NCBI RefSeq assembly: GCF_035084215.1
Contig: NC_090326.1
Span: 11,160,001-11,224,000, forward strand
DNA from: Heptranchias perlo
Taxonomy: Eukaryota
Reading direction: 5' to 3'
Length of the DNA stretch: 64,000 nt
Shown here: piece by piece, positions 10,615 through 21,983 of the stretch
Position numbering within the stretch: the first letter of the stretch is position 1
Layout of the letters: the number at the start of each line of letters is the position of its first letter
Position numbers and translations under genes: made by a program
Notes under the pieces: generated by a model
The model's database searches: none
The model's input: the letters and a program-made list of their open reading frames with translations, nothing else
Told to the model about the DNA's origin: nothing

Positions 10615-12110
10615 ATAGATTTCCAATCTATCGCTGGTGCAGTGAAGTCACCGATAACAACTGCATCTTTTCATGTGCTCACTTCCCTTAATTGAGTGCA
10701 GAGTTCATGGTCCGATCCTCCTGGTGCCTATCTAAGATACCCATAGTTTCCTTCCTTCTCTTCACATCCCTCATCCTTATCTGTAAGGTTTCAACCTTAT
10801 CTGCACCTGGGCCAGTTAGGTTCATCTGTTATAATCAAGTTTCTTTTCACATAAAAGGCTACATCCTCTCCCAGTTTGTTTTTCTACCTCTAAGTAACGT
10901 TATCCCTGTACGTTTACCCAATCAGTGCCATTGTCGAAGCAGATCTCTCATGCCTTTGATATCAAAGCTTCCCTTCTAGCAAGGATCTTCACATTTCCCA
11001 TTTTATTTCTACGATTCCTAGCAATCATGTATAGGACTTTGAGGCTGATGTGGTTATTCACTTTGTCATTATTTCTCTGTGTGTTCATATCCTTAAATGC
11101 TGCACACTTACCTTCTATATCAGTATCTGCACTTGAGCCATCACCTACCAGCCCCTGCTCTGTACTACAACATATAGCTTCTCGTATCTTTTCCACCTTC
11201 ATTCCTTTTTCCTAGTTGAGCTATGTTTGCCCCTCCCCCGCCATACTGGTTTAAATCTTCCCCATTGCCTTACTTGCCTTCTCTGTAAAGACATTGGTAC
11301 CAGTCTGATTCAGGTGATGTTTGTCCCATCCATAGAGCTATCCTCTGCCCAGAACTTGTCCCTATGTCCTTGGAATCAGAAATCGTCTGTTCTACACATT
11401 TTGCTACTCACAAATTAAAGTATTTAATCCATTTCTCCCTAACGTATCCAGTACATGGCACCAGGAGTAGCTCTGATGTAACTGCTCTTGAAATCTTGCA
11501 TTTTAATCTAGAACCTAGTTTCTCAAACTCTCCCGACAAGACATTTACCCTGCTCTTTCTTATGCAATCAGTTCCTATGTGAACTATGACTTCTGTTTGT
11601 TTTTTCTCCCTTTTCAGAAATTCCAATGTGTGCTTTGCCCTGAACCTGGGAGGCAACATCCCATTTGGTATTCCCAGTCATCGCTGCAAAACAGATTGTC
11701 TATCTCCATAATTATAGAATCTTTGCAGCTCCCACTCTCCTGTTCTCAAGGCTTGTGTCTCTCTTGTCTCAATGGTGAGAACCTTGCTCCATTGTGGCAT
11801 GTTTTGTTCTGTCTTGTGCTTCCATCCTTGTACTCATCACATGTGTCGAGGGCTATTTGCCTATTAGATACATGCAGACCCACAGGTTTTTCCTGTACTG
11901 CTTCCTCCTCCTTCCCCTACAGGCAGTCACCTATGTCCCTTACTTTACTACTTCTGCCCACCTGTGGAACGACCAGCTTCTGGGACATATGTTGTCTACT
12001 GTTGACCCTCGAGCTCAGCATTTCGCTCCTCAGAACAGCACAACTCTCTGATACTTCATCCATATGTATCCCTGAATACTTTGGCGATCCAACATATCCC
12101 ACATCAAGCA
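10615..12110 (-). mobile_element. highly degenerate CR1 5' region: ORF1 SGNH-esterase-like domain and start of ORF2 AP-endonuclease
   Basis: ORF 11408..11659 EVIVHIGTDCIRKSRVNVLSGEFEKLGSRLKCKISRAVTSELLLVP resembles CR1 ORF1 VVVHIGTND..LKSRTSRVVISGLLPVP. ORF 10948..11202 LKVLYMIARNRRNKM resembles APE motif I (LY.NARS..NK). Confidence 0.72.
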
Positions 12111-14094
12111 TGCTTATACAGGAAAACTATACGGCATTTTCCCTCGAGAGTCGGTTGAGGGATCCAAGAGGGTGTTAGAGAAAGTAAGTACAGGCTCTCA
12201 GTATGCACAGTTGGATTATGGAAAAGTCCTTGTCCATTGATTTCAGTGGGACTTGGAGGGTGGGAATGTTGATTTCCCTTAATTATAGTGGACTAGGGAG
12301 GAAGAATGTTCATACCCATTGATTATAGTGGGATTGGTGCCAACCATGGAACATTTAGCAAGCAAATCATTGCTTGAGATTCTGGCCCTTAACTAAAATT
12401 AATGAGTACTTTCAGTGCATTTTCTGTTGATTCCTAGTTACTGAAAAAATTTCATTATAAGAGAGAAGAAGGTGGTATTAATCTTACATTGAAATGAGCT
12501 GCCTTGGCATTGCAGAGAGAACTTCAAGGTCATAACTCATTTGAATGATTGCTCTGAACCTCCTCGGTATTCTTATTTTATAAAATATCTAATTGAGAAG
12601 CCCAGGTGAAAAGCCAAAGCTCATAATGCAGGGCACCACCAAGGTTGAAAGCTAACTCAAATTAGATGAGACTAACCTTGGGTTTTAAAAACTTGTAGAT
12701 TGTAGGAGAAGGGAAAGACTGGGACATAAGGATTTGAAAACAATGAGTCAGAGCAGGAGACATAGGCCTGATAGTTCAAGGACTGAAGTGATTGTAGCAT
12801 CGTTAATGGGAACTCTGTACATCTGTTGGTGTCTTGCACTCATCCTTTGTTTCTGTGCTTTATCCTTGAAAAATGCTGGTCACAGCTAGCCGGAGAACAA
12901 GCATTTATCGAGAAATATCCTTTTCCTCTTCAATGACATCGCAAATGAAGAGCATCGCTTCCGACTATAGATTTGTATGTATTTTCTAGATTTACTTGGA
13001 GCCCCACCTTAAAGTTTCAGAAGCCACCAGTTGTAGATATAAAATGGCAATGGTCTGGAGGACAGTTTATACACAGTCCTTGCTTTCAGAGTCTGGCATT
13101 GCTCGCAGAATCTTACAGGATGAGGAGTCAGCGATCTAGTATATAAGCATAAATTCCCACTTAAGAAGCCACTTTTGTCAATGATACCAGAGCTTCCAGG
13201 CTGCCTCTGACCAGCAGTTTTAAAGAATAAACATGGAATCACAGTAATCCAAGAGACAGCAGAATAGTTTCCATTGTACTACAATTGATGGGTTTACAGT
13301 AGCAATTTATAGGTGTCACACGTTGCTGCCTTGTACTCCTTCTCCAAGCTTTCTCTTGTTATAGGCACTGACTATTATTTCTGCATTCCCTTTCTCACTC
13401 ACTTAAAATTACTCAATACCCATTTTTCTTGTCTGTATCGCAGCCTGCCTATTATTCTGAAGAGTCTCAAAGGATTGCATCACGAGATTTATTAATCCCT
13501 ACACCATCCGACCTTTGTAGGAAAAAAAATGACGATGTTACTTGCTTTTAAATCATGCAGGAAGTGACTTAAAAATATATTTCTTGAGGTAGACACGTAG
13601 CATTTGTGAGTCACATTCAGTGATTTACCACTCAGTGGTTATTCTACTTGAATTAACATGAATTCTGCATTTGTAACATTTACATTTTACTTAGCTCTCG
13701 GATGAATACAGTTCCCCTTTAACCCACAGGATAGCTAGGAAGAGTACTGCCATGTAGTCCCTGTTGCTATCAGCTGTTTTTCAAGTGAAGCCAATGTTTT
13801 TGAACATTGCATAACATTTCTTCCATTTATTTCATCCCAGCTGCAGAATCTTTTTGTTTCCAATAGCCTTCGTGATCCATTCCGTATTTAGATACCCAAG
13901 TGTGTGATACATGAGACCTACATGCTAAATTTCTAGCTGAAGTACCTCCTCCTGTTTGTCGAGTACCTTTATACTGGTTAATGGGAACCAAATTGACCTC
14001 AAAATGGGTAATTTAATTCCTTTCACTGTGTATTTGTGCACTACGATTGAATTTCCATGGCCTGCTTCTCAGTGATATAAAATAAAATAGGACA

Positions 14095-15055
14095 TTAGGA
14101 CATAGGAACATAGGGAAATAGGAACAGGAGTAGGCCATTTAGCCCCTTGAACCTGTTCCGCCATTCAGTGAGATCATGGCTGATTTGTGACCTAACTCCA
14201 TATACCCGCCTTAGCCACATATCCCTTAATACCTTTGGTTAACAAAAATTTATCAATCTCAGATTTAAAATTAACAATTGAGCTAGCATCAACTGCCGTT
14301 TGCAGAAGGGAGTTCCAAACTTCTACCACCCTTTGCGTGTAGAAGTGTTTCCTAACTTCACTCCTGAAAGTCCTGGCTCTAATTTTTAGGTTATTTCCCA
14401 TAGTCCTAGACTCCCAACCAGCGGAAATAGTTTCTCTCTATCTACCCTATCAGTTCCCCTTAATATCTTGAAAACTTCGATCAAATCACCCCTTAATCTT
14501 CTAAATTCCAGGGAATACAGCCATAGTTTGTGTAATCTCTCCTCATAATTTAACCCTTGGAATCCAGGTATCATTCTATTAAATCTACGCTGCATTCCCT
14601 CCAAGGCCAATATATCCTTCCTAAGGTGCGGTGCCCAGAACTGAACACAATACTCCAGCTGTGGTCTAACCAGGGCTTTCTATAGCTGTAGCATAACTTC
14701 TACCCCCTTGTATTCTAATCCTCTGGATATAAAGGCCAGCATTCCATTAACCTTTTTGATTATTTTCTGTACCTGTCCATGACATTTTAATGATCTATGT
14801 ATGTGGACCCTTAAGTCTCTTTGGGCCTCCACTGTTTCGAGCTTTTCACCATTTAGAAAGTACTCTGATCTATCTTTTTAGGTCCAAAGTAGATGACCTC
14901 ACACGTACATACATTGAAATCCATTTGCCTCAGTTTTGTCCATTCACTTAATCTATTAATATCTCTCTGTAATTTTATGCTTCCATCTACACTGCTTACA
15001 ATGCTGCCTATCTTTGTGTCATCGGCAGACTTGGATATGTGGCTATCATCCAGCT
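14095..15055 (-). mobile_element. CR1 LINE 3' portion
   Basis: ORFs 14853..15065 (SKSADDTKIG), 14386..14610 and 14192..14401 (FYTQRVVEVWNSL); same subfamily tail as 858-1497. Confidence 0.94.
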
Positions 15056-15334
15056 TAAAATCCATTGTTCCATTCCATCTGTTGTACCATACTGCACTGG
15101 GTTCTGTTTAAGTATAACAAATAATCAGTGTGCAATATTTTATCTTGAGCCTTCACAACCTTGCGAATTATATCCTCTGAGCATTTAGAACAGAATCTCA
15201 TACATTACTTTGATTTCTGCAGTGGTTCCAGTTTCATCAACATGGCGAATAAATATTATGAATTTGGAAGACAAAATCCACTTTTTGATTTCTTTTTTGT
15301 TGATCTAAATTTTCAAAATGTAGAGTTGTCACCA

Positions 15335-15525
15335 GAAACAACAAAAAAAACTGACAATGTTGAAAATCTAAAACATGAACAGAAAATGCTGGAAACATTT
15401 AACAGGTCAGGCAGTATCTGTGGATGAGTTAACATTTCAGGTGATCAAGCATCTACTGAAATGTCAACTCACTCATTCTCTCCACAGATGCTGAATGACC
15501 GGAGTTGTTGCCAGCATTTTCCGTC
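15335..15525. mobile_element. Penelope-derived fold-back (two terminal repeats head-to-head)
   Basis: cagaaaatgctgg..atctgtgga..gagttaacatttcag is mirrored by ctgaaatgtcaactc..tccacagatgctg..ccagcattttccg. Homologous to the tail of the GIY-YIG element at 43240-43316. Confidence 0.7.
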
Positions 15526-15902
15526 AGGGTTATCACCAGTTTAGTTTCTGGCAAGCTCTACATGTACATAGGACGTGTGTGGCGGTGTTTCCCGGGATAA
15601 GGATGGTGGCCAGGTGGGTGTTTGGGTTGGGAACCCCCTCCTGTCAGAACTCTGTGCTGATGGGGTGGTCTGCACCCTTGGTATCGACCTATTTTATTCT
15701 TCCTGATTCCTAGGCCGGTGCAGCCTGCCAGTTATTTATGCTTCCCATTCCACTTATCTATCCCTCTTTCGCTCTCTCACATTCATGGTCTTATAAATGT
15801 CTTTTATTTTTTTGATTTCCCTCATTCTGCCTCCTTTTGTCTCCTGCGCATATCACTCCTGCCCTTTGCCTGATTCTTGGTCCCCACCATAGCCCTTTGC
15901 AG

Positions 15903-16775
15903 GTCATTCTCAAATCCCTCAGATAATGAAGCAGTCCGTGCCCTCATGCAACAAGACCTGGACGACATCCAGGCTTGGACTGATAAGTGGCAAGTAACAT
16001 TCGTGCCAGACAAGTGACAGGCAACGACCATCTGCAACAAGAGAGAGTCTAACCACCTCCCCTTGACATTCAAAGACATTACCGTCGCCGAATCCCCCAC
16101 CATCAACATCCTGGGGGTCACCATTGACCAGAAACTTAACTGGACCAGCCACATAAATACTGTGGCTACAAAAGCAGGTCAGTGGCTGGGTATTCTGTGG
16201 TGAGTGACTCACCTCCTGACTCCCCAAAGCCTTTCCACCATCTACAAGGCACAAGTCAGGAGTGTGATGGAATATTCTCCACTTGCCTGGATGAGTGCAG
16301 CTCCAACAACACTCAAGAAGCTCGACACCATCCAGGACAAAGCAGCCCGCTTGATTGGCACCCCATCCACCAACTCAAACATTCACTCCCTTCACCACCG
16401 GGTGTACTGTGGCTGCAGTGTGTACCATCTACAGGATGCACTGCAGCAACTCACCAAGGCTTCTTCGACAGCACCTCCCAAACCCGCGACCTCTACCACC
16501 TAGAAGGACAAGAGCAGCAGGCACATGGGAACAACACCACCTGCACGTTCCCCTCCAAGTCACACACCATCCCGACTTGGAAATATATCACCGTTCCTTC
16601 ATCGTCGTTGGGTCAAAATCCTGGAACTCCCTTCCTAACAGCACTGTGGGAGAACCTTCACCACATGGATTGCAGCGGTTCAAGAAGGCGGCTCACCACC
16701 ACCTTCTCAAGGACGATTGGGGATGGGCAATAAATGCCGGCCTTGCCAGCGACGCCCACATCCCATGAATGAATT
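15903..16775 (+). mobile_element. second LINE family (CR1/L2-group), ORF2 C-terminus and 3' tail
   Basis: Encodes MQQDLDDIQAWTDKWQVTF, TIYKAQVRSVMEYSPLAWMSAA..KLDTIQDKAARLIG and SFIVVGSKSWNSLP; tail gggcaataaatgccggccttgccagcgacgcccacatcccatgaatgaa. Confidence 0.9.
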
Positions 16776-16799
16776 TTTTAAAAATTCTATGCCATTTCC

Positions 16800-17020
16800 T
16801 GTGTGTGTGGTTGTTGTGTGTTTTCTCCCCTTTCCCTTTTTCTATTCCATTTTAAAGGCTTTTCATCTGTAACATCTTTCAGTTCTGAGGAAGGATTTAC
16901 ACCTGAAACGTCAACAGATTTGTGCTCTCTCCATAGTTGCTGCCTGACCTGCTGAGTGTCTCCAGCATGTTCTGTTTTTGTTTCAGATTTTCAGTGCCTG
17001 CAGTATTTTGCTTTTTGTTC
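16800..17020 (+). mobile_element. Penelope-like element terminal repeat
   Basis: aacatctttcagttctgaggaagg..cctgaaacgtcaac..ctctccatagttgctgcctgacctgctgagt..ccagcatgttctgtttttgtttcagat is homologous to 43195-43316. Confidence 0.78.
16882..16915 (+). ncRNA. minimal hammerhead ribozyme motif (Penelope-type)
   Basis: GUU-CUGAGGA-AGG(atttaca)CCU-GAAA-CG-UC-AAC: core boxes intact, GUC cleavage triplet, short stems I and II. Confidence 0.55.
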
Positions 17021-18714
17021 TACACATGAGCTGATAGCCATGGGCCTGTTGCTTCACAGCTGCAAGTAATGCTTACTCCCCATTTTACTTATTTTCTTCC
17101 AGTTGCTCTCAAAGCACTTTCAACACAAACCACTTGCTGTGGCACCTCTTGCTTTGATCAAAAATGAAGCTAAAATGTTGAGACAAATAAGTTTATAAAA
17201 TAAATCAGCACTCAGTGTGGCTTCACGGTGTGTGTTTTTATTTTAAAAGATTTTTCATTTTTATTTTATTATCTTAGATTACACAAAGAAGAGCCACATT
17301 CAAGCTCAGCCCTGTGAATCATTGCTCAAAGGGTGGCAAAAGCAGACAATGGCCATTTTTTGGCGTCATTGCCATGTGTGCCTTCTGTTTGCGGGTGAAG
17401 TAGCCTGACAGTGGCTATGAAGCTGATGACTATGCAATTCCAGTTACTTTTAGATGTCTTCCAAGTTTCTTTGTAAGATATTTCTCTTTCCAGATATCTC
17501 AGCCTAGCTACACAATCTTTTTAATTCCAATAATCTGTATATATTTCTTTTTTAGTATCCACGAAACAGAAAGGTCATGTGAATGGGGCATCACCAATAA
17601 GAGGGAGTGCTCACAAACGATTCTCTGCAGCAAAACCTGGGTCGAAAAGCTGTGTGAGAAAGCTTGCAGAGAATCCAGTGGGTCTGCCTAATGGATGTTA
17701 GATCATCTGTTTTCCTCAGTCCGTGTGTTGCACCCAGTTTTCCATGATCTGCTTCTCTATGGTGTGAAGTCAAATTCCTACCATTCTGCTTAAAAATCCG
17801 CTATTTTGTTAATATTCTATATGGAGTTCCATTCAGCTGTGAGTGCTAGCTGCCGGCTTGTTATATTTACTGAAGGCCTTCACACCCTCATGAATTTCAT
17901 TCACCTGAAGTGTTTAGAACAGATTCTCATTTCTTTCTTTTATTTCTGCAATGGTTCCTGTCTCATCAGGAGTATTTGTTGGCAATTTTCCAACAGAGGA
18001 ATGCTGAGAGATGGTAGCGGAGTGTCCTGCCCCTGTGATTCCTTTTTTGATTTTGTTTTCAGGAACTCGGGCAACTTGATTCACTCCAGCAATTTCTCCA
18101 TTCCCAGTCTCAGATGAAGACTACAATGATTCGGCCCTGATCCATTCAAACTGACATAATCATTAAAGGAGAGCCCAACAAGTTCTGAATTTAGGACTGG
18201 ACTGCAAACCAGCGTGGAAGCAAAGGGGTCAGACATTGGACGTCAGAGTTTAGTAGTCTTGTCACATCTTTTTGATCAATGTCTCGTGGAGATTGATTAA
18301 ATTACATTGTGATGACTTTGAGTAATGCAGTGGATAGATAGACTCTGCCATTTTAGTGAAGAACAACTAAGTGGTTAAAGGGTGACTTTATTTAGTTTCT
18401 TCTCCTCTGTAACTTGCCAGTACTTGAACAGAGCAGTGTATGAATGAAGGGCAGTAATTCATTGAAATATTTGAAAAGTGACTAATCCCTCAAACCATTC
18501 TCTCATCTACTACAATGCATGTGATTAAATCCTATTTCATTCTTTCGAAAGACATGCAATGCATAATCCTGTTTAATTCAGTGGTTTACCATGACAGTTT
18601 AGGATCCTGCATGATACTAAAACTTTAAAAAGGAAATTAAAGATCTCATGGCATTATTCAAAAGAATATTCCTGCCTCAACCAATACCATCAAAAGTTAA
18701 CTAACTTTGAGAGA

Positions 18715-18880
18715 ATGCTGTCCATAATTATAGACAATACTAAAACAGGAGGCATAACGAACAATTCTGAGGAACACAGGAAGCTGCAAGGGGATATTGA
18801 TGAGATGCTGGAGTGGGCAAGAAAGTGGCAAGTTGAATTCAATGTCCGTAAATGTGATGCGGCACATTTTAGTAAAAAAT
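18715..18880 (+). mobile_element. old CR1 RT fragment
   Basis: DNTKTGG..LQGDIDEMLEWARKWQVEFNVRKC. Confidence 0.75.
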
Positions 18881-18932
18881 TATACTTTGGAAAGAGCAGA
18901 GGGATTTGGGGGTTTGGTTTCACACACAAGCC

Positions 18933-19355
18933 AGGGTACGGTAGCTTTATGTTACTGGATTAGTAATCCGGTGGCCTGGATTAATAATCCAGAAAACGTG
19001 AGTTCAAAGGATTAATAATCCAGAAAACGTGAGTTCAAATCCCACCATGGCAGTTTGAGAATTTGAATTCAGTTTAAGGAATCTGGAAATAAAAGGCTGA
19101 TTGCAGTAAAAGTGACCATAAAGATGTTGGATTGCTGTAAAAATCCAACTGGTTCACCAAAGCCCTTTAGGAAAGGAAACCTGCTGTCCTTACCCAGTCT
19201 GGCTTATATGTGAATCCAGACCCACACCAACATGGTTGACTCTTAACTGCCTTTTGATGTGGCTTAGCAAGCCATTCAATTGTTCAAGGGCAACTAAGGA
19301 TGGACAATAAATGTCGGCCTTGCCAGCAATGCCCACATCCTGAGAATGAATTAAA
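18933..19355 (+). mobile_element. tRNA-derived SINE sharing its 3' tail with the LINE at 15903-16775
   Basis: B-box gagttcaaatcc (19031-19042); tail caagggcaactaaggatggacaataaatgtcggccttgccagcaatgcccacatcctgagaatgaa matches 16707-16774. Confidence 0.8.
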
Positions 19356-19499
19356 AGCAGCCATCTTAAGTGGATAAAGCCATTAAAAAAACTCTTATGG
19401 CCACAGGTCTATAATATAAGAGTTGAGATGTGATGGTGAATCGATATAAAACTTCAGTAAGGCCACACCAAAGGAAGGACATATTAGACAATATCGTAG

Positions 19500-20015
19500 A
19501 TTCACTCGCAGGCTGCCTGGTATGAGGAAATACAAATACGAAGAAAGACTTGAAAAATTGGGGCTGTTTTCGTTAGATTCTGAAGACATGGGGATGAATT
19601 TCATCTACATATATTTCAAGAATTTATTCGACAGAGAAAGCCTGGATGCCATAAAAACTGATTTTTCTTAAAATCAAGCAGTGTAACTTGTACAGTTATC
19701 CACTCCATTCAAACAAGGGCTAGAAACATTTTCCAGTGGTTGAGGGGTCTAAAATGAAGGGAAATAAACATAAGGTTACATGTAAAAGTTTTAGGACAGA
19801 GAACAGGAGAAACTTTTTTACACAGAGGGTTGCGAGACTGTTGAATGCACTAGTAATTGAAGCAACTTTTAAGAATAGGTTAGCTAGGTGGTTGAAGGAA
19901 AGAGAAATAAAGGGATATGGGAACAGGGCAGGCACAAGGGATCAGCACCACCGTTCGTGTGGAGGATTAAAGCCAACGTGGACTGATTGGCCTAAATGGC
20001 CAGTTTCCGTATCAT
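19500..20015 (+). mobile_element. old CR1 3' fragment
   Basis: YEERLEKLGLFSL at about 19535; ORF 19736..20017 RRNFFTQRVARLLNAL..GYGNRAG. Confidence 0.8.
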
Positions 20016-20029
20016 AATTCTGGTAATTT

Positions 20030-20175
20030 ATATCATTGCTGTTTGTTGGACCTTCCTGTGCTGCCACATTTGCTTTCTTAAAAACAATGACTGCTCTTCA
20101 AAAAGTAATTCATTGTATGAAATTCTTTGGGGTGTTTGAGAGAAATGATGAAGCACTGCAAGTCTTCTTTCTTTC
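20030..20175 (+). mobile_element. Deu-SINE/L2-type tail fragment
   Basis: cattgctgtttg..acaatgactgctcttcaaaaagtaattcattg..ctttggg..gcaagtcttctttc is homologous to the tail of 21560-21983 (inverted). Confidence 0.55.
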
Positions 20176-21559
20176 CAAAGGGGAGTGGATGATTTCCTCT
20201 GTGTATTTGTAGCAAAACCGTAAGCATGTTCTTTATAAGGACATTTTCACTATATATAGCACACTGAGGAAGTCCTCCTCAGTTGTGAACAGCAATTTGC
20301 AGGGCTCCTCTGTGTTGAGCCATTTTGGAGGAGTAGATAAGCTGTCATATACCAGAGGTTTTCCTTGCATAACACTTGTGTCAATCTGCTTTTGAAAAAT
20401 TCAGCCTCCACTGAAAGTGGTGGTGTATCGCCCAACACATTACACCACATAGTTGGTAGCGCATGGATTTATGTGTTCAGTGAGTTCCCGACCTCAGCCA
20501 TGCTATCCAGGGGAGGCGTCAAGAGAATTTGGGCTCCTTCTCCCCCTCCGCCCTCAATTGGAAGAGAGGAGGCAACAATCAGGGAGCTCGTAACCTTTGG
20601 CCAGGCTGCTGCATTTTGTTGCAAGCGGCCACAAAGCTGGATTAGTAGAAGCTTGGAAACTGTTGTCCAGCCTGTCCACTTAGCTGTGAAATACAGAAAG
20701 ACCAGGCAGAGTTAAAACAAAAAAAATACATTTAAATACAGAATCTGTCAAATGTTTGCCAAAATGTCACAAATATTTGGCAGAAATTATTTAGCGGGGG
20801 GAAAAAGAACAGGCCTGTTCCACCCGTGTGGTGGAAAAGTGCTTTAAAGAGATCCCCTAATCCTACTTTGCTCTGCCTTGTCTGCTTCATGAAATGGTTG
20901 AACACAGAGCTCCAGAGTCCCGCCTATAACTAGAATTATTTACACAGTGAGTAGTTATGGGTTGTTTATTGAAACTAATAGTTTCCACTTATCTAGGGGT
21001 AAGTGCTTAAGTTCCTCATACTTAACCCTACTCTGCAATTCCTTTTTGCTTCTCATCATGGCCTGCCAGGCCAGAGTACGGCAGGGGTCCCCATGCTGTA
21101 CACTGCGATAGCGAAATAAAACTGATTTACTCATAAGAACCCTGGCGCCGTCACACTTGTCAAATCATTCAACTCCACTGTCGCTTCATGCGATGTAAAG
21201 AGGTGGGCAGTGGCAGTAGGACATAGGTTCATGGCAACAGTTCATGGCTGGCAAATTCCTGTTATCGCCCATGTGTTCGGGAAGACAGGGGATAGGTGCA
21301 GAGGTTATACCCAATGGGAATAGTAAAGAGAATCAGAAAGCATGTCACGAGGGCCCCGTTCCCATATTGCCTGTTGGCTAACTCAAGCAAGGCATTGGCA
21401 GAGGTTCAGAAGCAAGTCACCTGTTCACCTACTTGGCTGGTGTGTTGTGCTGGTACCTGAAGAGAGGGAAAAAATAATGGTGGGGGCTGGGGGGGGGGGT
21501 GGGCGGGCAGAGAATTAAAACATCTATATGGTGGTTAATTAGTTCACTTATATGTAAAA

Positions 21560-21983
21560 AAGAAAGACTTTAATTTATATAATGCCTTTCATGACCTCAG
21601 GATGTCCCAAAGTGCTTTACAGTGAAGAACTTTTCAAGTGTCGTCACTGTTGTAATGTAGGAAACATGGTAGCCAATGAGCTCGCAGCAAGGTCCCACCA
21701 ACAGCAATGAGGTAATGACCAGATCATTTGTTTTTTTTGCATGATCTTGCTCCTCTTTGAAATAGTGCAATGGGATTTTTTTTGCATCCACCTGAGAAGG
21801 CAGATGGGGCTTCGGTTTAACTTCTTACCTGAAAGACAGCACTTCTGACAGTGCGGCACTCCCTCAATGCTACACTGCAGTGTCAGCCTAGATTTTACGC
21901 TCAAGTCTCTGGAGTGGGGACTTGAACCCACAACCTTCTGACTCAGCGGCAAGAGTGCGACCCACTGACCCACAGCTGACACT
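21560..21983 (-). mobile_element. Deu-domain SINE (SacSINE1/AmnSINE-like), near full length
   Basis: Minus strand starts gtgtcagctgtgggtcagtggg..gtgggttcaagtcccc (A and B boxes), then a Deu core (tgtcagaagtgctgtctttc..ttaaaccgaagcccc..ggtggatg) and an L2-like tail. Confidence 0.85.

Noticed and set aside
11579-12178. 199-aa plus-strand ORF
   Set aside because: Antisense to the decayed CR1 ORF1; composition is not protein-like.
12885-12975. CpG-containing exon-like segment (cacag|CTAGCC..|gtatgt)
   Set aside because: Weak donor context, stops in two frames, no recognisable peptide.
13000-14000. Possible ancient L1/Tx1 relic on the minus strand (ITHLGI-like motif)
   Set aside because: Only isolated short motifs; cannot be supported without a profile search.
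21920-21983. tRNA gene (A and B boxes)
   Set aside because: Head of a Deu-SINE; no complete cloverleaf, and it continues into the SINE body. The same applies to 18933-19045 and 5390-5450.
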